From positions 1,668,981 to 1,732,980 of the forward strand of contig CP065012.1 in the NCBI GenBank assembly GCA_016699815.1: a DNA stretch of 64,000 nt. Reading direction: 5' to 3'. Origin of the DNA: Chitinophagaceae bacterium (GTDB taxonomy: Bacteria; Bacteroidota; Bacteroidia; Chitinophagales; Chitinophagaceae). Each line of letters begins with the position of its first letter. The first letter of the stretch is position 1. Positions 56,751 through 64,000 of this stretch are shown here, in pieces. Position numbers and translations under genes: made by a program. The notes under the pieces are model-generated. The model worked only from the letters and a program-made list of their open reading frames with translations, was not told where the DNA came from and did no database searches.

Positions 56751-56806
56751 CTTATAATTCAACACTTAAATCTCATATCTCTTAATTCTTAACGCTAAAC
56801 TCGTAA
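56751..56806 (-). repeat. Degenerate heptamer array x8 directly after the rnc stop
   Basis: Minus strand TTACGAG TTTAGCG TTAAGAA TTAAGAG ATATGAG ATTTAAG TGTTGAA TTATAAG. Confidence 0.6.
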
Positions 56807-57541
56807 CTATTCTCTCAGCCCCAGCTTTTCCACTGCCAACTGAGCTGCTAACTGGCTGGCATCTTTTTTATTATATCCTTTTGCTTGTGCAACCAATGCT
56901 CCATCTACCGTTGCGCCAATAGTGAAAATACGCCTTCCGCTTTCAAATTTTTCTTCCAGCGTAGTAAACTCCAGCGCTTTGCCGTTTTTATTAGCCCAGC
57001 CGTAGAGTTTGTTTTTAATATTTATTTCTACTTCTTCCAGGTCATCAATAAACATGTGTGGCAAAATGATTTGCTTTTCTACCCATGTTTGTGTTTTTTT
57101 ATAGCCAATGTCCAGGTACACAGCGCCTATTAATGCTTCAAGTGTATTGCCGAAAATTTGAGAAATTTTTAAGGCGTTATCAAATTTATTGTAAAAGGTA
57201 ATTTTTTTTAGACCCATTTTAAGGGCTATTTCATTAAGCTTGGCCCGGTTCACCATTTTGCTCCTCATTTCGGTAAGGAAACCTTCGCCTTTGTATGGGT
57301 ATTTTTTAAACAGGTAATGGGCAATTACCGAACTTAAAACGGCATCGCCTAAAAATTCCAGGCGTTCGTTGTTTTCGTCTGCACCTTCCCTGATGGAGCG
57401 GTGGCTTAGTGCTGTTTTATAAAGGCTGATATCGCCTGGCGTGAAACCAAGTACATTACTTAATTGTTTTTTGAATGATTGGTTGCCCGGCGCTTTATCA
57501 AAAAACGATTTAAAAAATTGCAATGTAGAATCTACGTGCAT
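56807..57541 (-). CDS. rnc: Ribonuclease III
   Basis: NERLEFLGDAVL, GNTLEALIGAVYLD, C-terminal dsRBD; GTG start. Confidence 0.96.
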   Translation of the reverse strand: MHVDSTLQFFKSFFDKAPGNQSFKKQLSNVLGFTPGDISLYKTALSHRSIREGADENNERLEFLGDAVLSSVIAHYLFKKYPYKGEGFLTEMRSKMVNRAKLNEIALKMGLKKITFYNKFDNALKISQIFGNTLEALIGAVYLDIGYKKTQTWVEKQIILPHMFIDDLEEVEINIKNKLYGWANKNGKALEFTTLEEKFESGRRIFTIGATVDGALVAQAKGYNKKDASQLAAQLAVEKLGLRE

Positions 57542-57592
57542 AAATCAAACACTGAAATTAGGGTATTTGTAAATAATAGAGGAAATACAGTT

Positions 57593-58846
57593 TTAAGCCT
57601 TGTATTTTTTTATAATAATACTTGCATTGTGGCCTCCAAACCCAAAGGTATTGCTAAGTGCGGCATTTACCGTACGCTTTTGTGCCGTATTAAAAGTAAA
57701 ATTAAGTTTGGGGTCAAGTTCCGGGTCATCAGTAAAATGATTGATGGTAGGCGGAACAACATCTTTTGTAACGGCTAAAATACAAGCCAGTGCTTCTAAT
57801 GCGCCTGCTGCGCCAAGGCAATGGCCCGTCATACTTTTTGTACTGCTGATATTGAGGCTGTACGAATGGTTGCCAAATACATTGAGTATGGCCTTGGTTT
57901 CTGCAATATCACCAAGCGGTGTAGAAGTGCCATGTACATTGATGTAATCAATTTCTTCCGGCTTCATGCCGGCATCATTAAGCGCTGCCTTCATTACATT
58001 GTTGGCGCCGAGGCCATCTGGGTGTGGAGCAGTAATATGGTAGGCATCTCCTGTGGCTCCGCCACCGGCAATTTCGCAATAAATTTTTGCGCCTCTTGCC
58101 AGTGCATGATCCAGGCTTTCCAGCACAAGTGCGCCTGCGCCTTCGCCCATTACAAAACCGTCCCTGTCTTTATCAAATGGGCGGCTTGCCGTTTTGGGAT
58201 CGTCGTTTCTTTCGCTAAGCGCTTTCATGGCATTAAAACCACCTACGCCAGCAGCGCTTATTACGGCTTCGCTACCTCCGGTTACAATTACATCGGCTTT
58301 ACCCAGGCGTATATTATCAAAGGCATCAATTACGGCATTGGTACTGGATGCACAAGCGCTCACTACGGCAAAGTTGGGCCCACGAAACCCATGCCGTATG
58401 GAAATTTGCCCTGCAGCAATATCCAATATCATTTTGGGAATAAAAAAAGGATTGAAACGGGGTGTACCATCTCCGGCAGCATAGTTGGTAACTTCTTCCT
58501 GAAAGGTAATAAGTCCGCCAATGCCACTTGCAAAAATTACCCCAACCCTGTCCGGGTTGCAGTTTTCGGCAGTAATACCGGCATCTTTTACTGCTTCATC
58601 GCTGGCAATAAGAGCAAACTGGCAATACCTGTCTAGTTTCCGGGATTCTTTTTTGTCGAGGTAATGAGTGGGGTCAAAGTCTTTAACCTCACAGGCAAAC
58701 CGGGTTTTAAATTTAGCAATGTCAAATTGCTTTACGAAGTCGCAACCACTCACACTGTCCAGGAGCCCTTGCCAGTATTCATGAACGGTTTTACCCAGTG
58801 GGGTAAGTGCGCCAAGCCCTGTTACAACAACTCTTTTTAAAGCCAT
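57593..58846 (-). CDS. fabF: Beta-ketoacyl-ACP synthase II
   Basis: VVVTGLG, SACASS, YINVHGTSTPLGD, STKSMTGHCLGAAG, SNTFGFGGHN. Confidence 0.97.
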   Translation of the reverse strand: MALKRVVVTGLGALTPLGKTVHEYWQGLLDSVSGCDFVKQFDIAKFKTRFACEVKDFDPTHYLDKKESRKLDRYCQFALIASDEAVKDAGITAENCNPDRVGVIFASGIGGLITFQEEVTNYAAGDGTPRFNPFFIPKMILDIAAGQISIRHGFRGPNFAVVSACASSTNAVIDAFDNIRLGKADVIVTGGSEAVISAAGVGGFNAMKALSERNDDPKTASRPFDKDRDGFVMGEGAGALVLESLDHALARGAKIYCEIAGGGATGDAYHITAPHPDGLGANNVMKAALNDAGMKPEEIDYINVHGTSTPLGDIAETKAILNVFGNHSYSLNISSTKSMTGHCLGAAGALEALACILAVTKDVVPPTINHFTDDPELDPKLNFTFNTAQKRTVNAALSNTFGFGGHNASIIIKKYKA

Positions 58847-58876
58847 CAGTTTGCCTGTGTAAATTAAAGAATGTAA

Positions 58877-59113
58877 TTACTTAGCGTTTTCTTCTAAATA
58901 AGAAACGGCCTGGCCCACGGTAGTGATGGTTTCGGCCTGTTCATCCGGAATGGAAATGTTGAACTCTTTTTCAAATTCCATAATGAGTTCTACGGTATCC
59001 AGGCTATCTGCACCTAAATCGTTGGTGAAAGAAGCTTCATTTGTAACTTCTGCTTCATCCACTCCTAATTTGTCAACAATAATTTTCTTTACTCTTGTTG
59101 CAATGTCTGACAT
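58877..59113 (-). CDS. acpP: Acyl carrier protein
   Basis: [12 protein letters not shown]...[14 protein letters not shown]; TATTTTTG promoter at 59142-59149 (minus strand). Confidence 0.97.
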   Translation of the reverse strand: MSDIATRVKKIIVDKLGVDEAEVTNEASFTNDLGADSLDTVELIMEFEKEFNISIPDEQAETITTVGQAVSYLEENAK

Positions 59114-59348
59114 GTTATTAAGGTTTAGTTTAAACTGGTTGCAAAAATATAGTTTTTGTATTAAATGCAATTAATTACAAAGAAATACTAAACAACGAAT
59201 ATAGAAATCTTTTTTTTGAGTTTTTAGCTTTTAAATGGGGAAATAAACAGTAAAACTCGTAAAAATTGCCAAATGTGCGTTTGTGTTGAAAAAATATGTA
59301 ATTTGGGATTGGCCAAAAGCGCTTTTTTCCAAAAAAAACCATAACCGC

Positions 59349-59780
59349 ATGGGTCTTAAAATAATAGAGCATGGCAGTAATGAATACCGTCAAATGGTAC
59401 AGATGCGCTATTCAATTTTGCGGGAACCACTTGGCCTTGCCTTTACTGATGACGAACTGGCTAATGAAAGGGAAAACCTTTTTATTGCCGCTTTTGATGA
59501 GGATATAATGCTGGGGTGCTGCATGTTGGTAAAGAGAGATAAAAATACTATTCAGCTAAGGCAAATGGCCGTAAATAATAATTTGCAAGGCAAAGGTATT
59601 GGCGCTTCTATTATTGCTTTTGTGGAAAGTATTTCCAGGGATAAAGGATTTAATAAAGTAATGATGCATGCACGAGATACCTCTGTGGGATTTTATGAAA
59701 AATGCGGCTATAAAATTAAAGGCGACCAGTTTTTGGAGCTCAACATACCCCACCACGTAATGGAAAAATTAATTTTTTAA
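59349..59780 (+). CDS. GNAT-family N-acetyltransferase (ElaA-like)
   Basis: LRYSILREPLG, LRQMAV..NLQGKGIG, HAR...GFYEKCGY, PHHVMEK. Start placed at ATG 59349. Confidence 0.88.
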   Translation: MGLKIIEHGSNEYRQMVQMRYSILREPLGLAFTDDELANERENLFIAAFDEDIMLGCCMLVKRDKNTIQLRQMAVNNNLQGKGIGASIIAFVESISRDKGFNKVMMHARDTSVGFYEKCGYKIKGDQFLELNIPHHVMEKLIF

Positions 59781-59802
59781 TATTCCTTTGGTTTGAAAAA
59801 AA

Positions 59803-60291
59803 TTACACCCTGCTCTTATTTTTTATTTTTTCATTGAGCAGAACCCTCACATTATGTATTTCCGCATCTTCAAATGCCTCTTTGGGTACAATAAAAAAAG
59901 ATCGGCTGTTAAAATACAGGTGAATAAAATGCGGCGTTTCCATCCATGTGCTGAAATCGGTCCATGGCCAGGAGCGGCTGCCATTGGCGTTTTCAATATA
60001 AAACTCTTGTGTACCCATGCTTACCCTAAAACGGTCTTTAAAAGTTTTTGCCCTGTTATAAATTATTGCCGGCATTAAATACCAAAATGAAACCATGAGC
60101 GCAAACCACAATACAGAGCTAATTAAAAATGCCATCGGATTAATTTTTTTTAGGTAAAATAATGCTGCAGATAAAATGGCAAAAATATTTACAATAATAA
60201 TGAGGGCTTTTATTTCTTTGCGGCTGATGAAATGATAGCGCAGCGCCTGTATTACTTTTGCTTTATTGTAGGTAAAAAATGCTGAGGTCAT
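59803..60291 (-). CDS. YcxB-family membrane protein
   Basis: Two TM segments then a PH-like C-terminus (WPWTDFSTWMET..FFIVPKEAF). Confidence 0.7.
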   Translation of the reverse strand: MTSAFFTYNKAKVIQALRYHFISRKEIKALIIIVNIFAILSAALFYLKKINPMAFLISSVLWFALMVSFWYLMPAIIYNRAKTFKDRFRVSMGTQEFYIENANGSRSWPWTDFSTWMETPHFIHLYFNSRSFFIVPKEAFEDAEIHNVRVLLNEKIKNKSRV

Positions 60292-60352
60292 TGTGGCTGC
60301 AATATAATTAATTGTTTTCCCCGATAAAGGAAAAATGCATACCTTTTATTTT

Positions 60353-60378
60353 ATGTACATTTAACTTTGTACATGTAC
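60353..60378 (+). promoter_or_regulatory. -7 promoter element (TAACTTTG, 60362-60369) flanked by TGTACA palindromes
   Basis: ATGTACAT at 60353-60360 and GTACATGTAC at 60369-60378 bracket the element. Confidence 0.45.
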
Positions 60379-60411
60379 TATATATCATAAATATTTTTTT
60401 ATATAAAATTT

Positions 60412-62946
60412 ATGCAACTCATCAATAATTCCATCAAATTGAAAAATGCATTTTTATTGGTATCCCTGGTTTTGAGTGGCTATGTAAGTATGGCCCAATT
60501 GCAATCTCCCGATCAATTTTTGGGTTACAAACTCGGCAGCAGGTTTACGGCTCATGCACAGGTAGTAAATTATTTTGAGCATGTAGCAAAATTTGCCCCG
60601 CAAAAGGTAAAACTGCAATATTATGGAGCAACCAATGAGCATAAACCGCTTTTACTGGCCTTTGTTTCATCTGCAGAAAATATCGAAAACCTCCAAAATA
60701 TCCGTAAAAATAATGTACAACTTGCAGCAGCAGGCGCCGCTTCAATAGAAAAACCTACGCCAATTGTATGGCTAAGTTATAATGTACATGGCAATGAGGC
60801 TTCCTCTTCCGAGGCATCCATGCTTACATTATATGAGTTGGTAAATCCCCAAAATTCACAAACAAAGCTATGGCTCGGTAATACGGTTGTAGTAATTGAT
60901 CCCTGCTTAAACCCAGATGGAAGGGACAGGTATGTAAACTGGTTCAACAGCGTTGTAGGTATAAAATATAACCCTGATGTAATTGCCCGTGAACATAATG
61001 AGCCCTGGCCCGGCGGAAGAACCAACCATTATAATTTTGACTTAAACAGGGATTGGGCATGGCAAACACAGCTCGAAAGCAGGCAAAGAGTTAAAGAATA
61101 CCTCAACTGGATGCCGCAGGTACATGTAGATTTTCATGAGCAGGGTATCAACGATAATTATTATTTTGCCCCGGCTGCACAGCCCTATCATGAAGCTATA
61201 ACGCAATGGCAAAGAGATTTTCAGGTGCAGATTGGAAAAAATCATGCCCGGTATTTTGACAAAAACGGCTGGCTGTATTTTACCAAAGAAGTTTTTGATT
61301 TGTTATATCCATCTTATGGCGATACCTACCCAATTTATAACGGCTCCATAGGAATGACTTATGAACAGGCAGGCGGACCAGAAGGAGGCCTTGGCGTATT
61401 AACCAGCGATGGGGATACGCTTACTTTATACGACCGTTTAATACATCATTATACCACAAGCCTAAGTACTATTGAAATAGCTTCACAAAATGCGGCAAAA
61501 CTAATAACAGAATTTAAAAATTATTTTGCCAATGCCAGCAATGGGAATGTTGGCTTATATAAAACATACATTATAAAAAACCAGGCAGCAGACGGGCAAA
61601 AAGTAAAAGCGCTTTTAGCGCTATTAGATAAAAACAATATTCTATACGGCACTGGCAGTGGCACAGGAAAAGGCTTTAATTATGAAACAAGAAAGGAAGA
61701 AGTGTTTACCATTGCCCCAGGCGATATTGTAATTAGCGCTGCACAACCCAGGGCGGTAATGGTAAAGGCCCTCTTTGAACCCAATACAAAACTTACCGAT
61801 TCTGTAACCTACGATATTACGGCCTGGGCAATGCCTTATGCTTATGGCCTGCAGGCTTATGCAACTACGTTAAAAATGAAAGTGAGCGGCAGGTATAATG
61901 AGGCATTTGAAAAGAATAATATTTCCAGTGCTTTTGCCTGTGTAATTAAATGGGAAGGCAAATATTCGGCAACGGTACTTGCACAATTGCTTTCCAGGGG
62001 CGTAAAAGTGCGTATGTCAGATGCCGCTTTTGAAGCCGGCAATGAAAAGTTTGGAAGCGGCTCTATAATTGTTTTACAAAAAGGAAACGAAAAATTTGGC
62101 AACGGTTTTTGGAGTATGGTTTCGCAGCTTTGCAATAAATATACGGTAAAGCTTTATCCCATTGCTTCCGGCATGGTAGATAAGGGTTATGATATGGGCA
62201 GTGCGCATGTACGCCAGCTAAAAGCGCCGAGAGTTGCATTGCTTACCGGTAGTTCCGTAAGCTCCAATGCAGCAGGCGAAGCCTGGTATTTCTTTGAACA
62301 GGAACTCAATTACCCGGTTACACTTATCAATACACAGGATTTTAAAAACATAAATCAGGATTTTGATGTAATGATAATGCCCAATGGGTATTATGAATTT
62401 TTAGCCGATAAAGAAAATGCAAAACTGTTTGAACAATGGATTAGGAATGGCGGTAAAGTAGTGGCGCTGGAAGCGGCAGTAAGCCAGCTTGTAAAGCAGG
62501 AGTGGAGCGCTTTAAAACCCAAAACAGATACCAATGAAAGCAATGCGGCAAAAGACGTATATGCAGCATTACAAAAATATAATTTAAGAGAAAGAGATGC
62601 CGTTTCGGGATTTACCCCGGGCGCTATTTTTAATGTGGAGATAGACAATAGCAACCCGTTGGCATTTGGATACCCCAATAACTACTATAGTTTAAAAATG
62701 GATGCACAAGTGTATGACTTTATAAAAGAAGGTGGATGGAATGTAGGGATATTAAAAAAAGATAACCAGCTTGCCGGATATGTAGGTTCAAAACTTGCAG
62801 CATTGCTTAAAGACGGGCTTTTGTTTGGCATACAAAATTTGGGCAAAGGTTCTGTGGTTTATATTGCCGATAATATTATGTTTCGCAATTTTTGGGAAAA
62901 CGGGAAGCTTATGTTTTGTAATGCGGTGTTTTTGGTGGGGCAGTAA
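60412..62946 (+). CDS. Secreted M14-family zinc carboxypeptidase with C-terminal class I GATase-like domain
   Basis: Signal peptide; NVHGNE, NPDGRDR, GRTNHYNFDLNRD, DFHEQG zinc and substrate motifs. Confidence 0.88.
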   Translation: MQLINNSIKLKNAFLLVSLVLSGYVSMAQLQSPDQFLGYKLGSRFTAHAQVVNYFEHVAKFAPQKVKLQYYGATNEHKPLLLAFVSSAENIENLQNIRKNNVQLAAAGAASIEKPTPIVWLSYNVHGNEASSSEASMLTLYELVNPQNSQTKLWLGNTVVVIDPCLNPDGRDRYVNWFNSVVGIKYNPDVIAREHNEPWPGGRTNHYNFDLNRDWAWQTQLESRQRVKEYLNWMPQVHVDFHEQGINDNYYFAPAAQPYHEAITQWQRDFQVQIGKNHARYFDKNGWLYFTKEVFDLLYPSYGDTYPIYNGSIGMTYEQAGGPEGGLGVLTSDGDTLTLYDRLIHHYTTSLSTIEIASQNAAKLITEFKNYFANASNGNVGLYKTYIIKNQAADGQKVKALLALLDKNNILYGTGSGTGKGFNYETRKEEVFTIAPGDIVISAAQPRAVMVKALFEPNTKLTDSVTYDITAWAMPYAYGLQAYATTLKMKVSGRYNEAFEKNNISSAFACVIKWEGKYSATVLAQLLSRGVKVRMSDAAFEAGNEKFGSGSIIVLQKGNEKFGNGFWSMVSQLCNKYTVKLYPIASGMVDKGYDMGSAHVRQLKAPRVALLTGSSVSSNAAGEAWYFFEQELNYPVTLINTQDFKNINQDFDVMIMPNGYYEFLADKENAKLFEQWIRNGGKVVALEAAVSQLVKQEWSALKPKTDTNESNAAKDVYAALQKYNLRERDAVSGFTPGAIFNVEIDNSNPLAFGYPNNYYSLKMDAQVYDFIKEGGWNVGILKKDNQLAGYVGSKLAALLKDGLLFGIQNLGKGSVVYIADNIMFRNFWENGKLMFCNAVFLVGQ

Positions 62947-63030
62947 TTTATAGCCTTTGAGGGAAATTTTAACTCTGGCAAGTGAGTTTAATTATTAAAC
63001 AAAAGCGTTATGCTCAAAAAAAACTATGGC

Positions 63031-63300
63031 TTATTTTTCTTTCTTTTTATCTTCTTCTAATTTTTTAGCGTCGTTTTTTTCCTGTTGTATGGCGCTGTCT
63101 TCTTCCATTTTTACGCCTACGGCGGTTTTAACGGTAGCAGAGTCATCGCTTAGTTTGGCAGAATCCTGTTGCACCTGTGTTGGATTAAGATTTACTATGG
63201 TATCGGCAGCAGGCTGATCGGGGCTTTTATTTTCATTTGATTTACAGGCTGTAAAATTTAAAAGGATAAAAGCGCATAGTACAATAAATATTTGTTTCAT
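63031..63300 (-). CDS. Small lipoprotein (89 aa), charged C-terminus
   Basis: MKQIFIVLCAFILLNFTA-CKSNENK lipobox; start placed at ATG 63300. Confidence 0.7.
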   Translation of the reverse strand: MKQIFIVLCAFILLNFTACKSNENKSPDQPAADTIVNLNPTQVQQDSAKLSDDSATVKTAVGVKMEEDSAIQQEKNDAKKLEEDKKKEK

Positions 63301-63587
63301 TTTAGAACGTTTTAAAATTGATGAGTATAAATGTAATTGGAATGCTAATATCATAAAAGGTAATCATCCAATCATCTGTAGTGTAAAGGTAAATTAAATT
63401 TTTGCCATTGTTTTCGATAAGCTATGTTAAAAATAAATTGCAGTTCCTGACTTAAATTTCATTTTTAGTTTTGTATGCAGTCATTTTTGCTGTCGATGAA
63501 TAAATATTGTTTAAAGTATTTTCTTTTTAGCGCTACTCAATTAAATATTTTAAACTGTGAAACAGGCTATCTTTACAAAAACAACCC

Positions 63588-64000
63588 ATGTCTGAGGCTT
63601 CAAAAATATTCCTGGCAAAAAGCACCATAAAATCGGCAGACTTAGAGCACCGGCGCACCATTAATTATAATATAGGAAAGTATAATGCCGTAGTACTGCA
63701 GGGTAAGCTGCAATTTGCCCATACTGAATTGGCCCGGAAAAAAGCCAAGCTCAGGAAATGGGATGCAATTGAAAACCTGGATAAATACCTGGAGCATTTT
63801 GAACAGCAAATAAGCAGCCGTGGCGCAAAAGTTTTATGGGCAGAAAATGGCCAGCAGGCAGTGGATGCAATTGTAAATATTTGCAAAGAAAAAAATTGCA
63901 AAACGGTGGTAAAAAGCAAAAGCATGACCACCGAAGAAATTCATCTCAATAAATTTTTGGAAGAAAACGGCATTGAAAGCATAGAAACCGATTTGGGCGA
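63588..64000 (+). CDS. lutB: LutB/LldF-family lactate utilisation Fe-S protein, 3'-partial (not in ORF track)
   Basis: Open from ATG 63588 to the window end: KWDAIENLDKYL...RGAKVLWA...VVKSKSMTTEEIHLN...IETDLG. Confidence 0.88.
   Translation, partial: MSEASKIFLAKSTIKSADLEHRRTINYNIGKYNAVVLQGKLQFAHTELARKKAKLRKWDAIENLDKYLEHFEQQISSRGAKVLWAENGQQAVDAIVNICKEKNCKTVVKSKSMTTEEIHLNKFLEENGIESIETDLG

Noticed and set aside
57821-58636. 271-aa plus-strand ORF
   Set aside because: Antisense shadow of fabF.
58877-59170. N-terminal extensions in the ORF track (acpP, eno, ubiE, kbl, gmk, GNAT, 37969 and 63354 ORFs)
   Set aside because: The upstream starts overlap or precede TAnnTTTG elements, or add non-homologous residues; downstream ATGs were used instead.

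Overview
A 64 kb chromosomal window from a Bacteroidota bacterium. Gene content, TAnnTTTG promoters, lack of Shine-Dalgarno sites, PorT and a T9SS substrate suggest Chitinophagaceae (inference). It is mostly core genome: uvrD/pcrA, asnB, metB-like, lpxH, ftsH, rsfS, birA, bcp, carB, kbl, tig, tRNA-Leu(TAG), relA/spoT, eno, murA, gmk, engB, ubiE/menG, porT, pyrC, ruvB, gpsA, rnc-fabF-acpP, and a partial lutB at the right edge. I saw no transposase, integrase, prophage gene, rRNA or CRISPR array. The most interesting observations are: (1) a GpgS-like glucosyl-3-phosphoglycerate synthase fused to a SerB-type HAD phosphatase, a candidate one-protein glucosylglycerate pathway; (2) an ECF sigma / anti-sigma / separate outer-membrane beta-barrel cassette that looks like a split version of the Bacteroides dual-membrane-spanning anti-sigma systems, with a candidate autoregulatory promoter; (3) acpH apparently starting at ATC; (4) four genes with a -7 promoter-like element exactly 4 nt before the ATG, suggesting leaderless mRNAs; (5) intergenic 7-, 8- and 9-mer arrays, some in inverted pairs; (6) several small secreted proteins or lipoproteins, one missed by the ORF track. 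Product calls come from motifs I recognised by eye, not from database searches.
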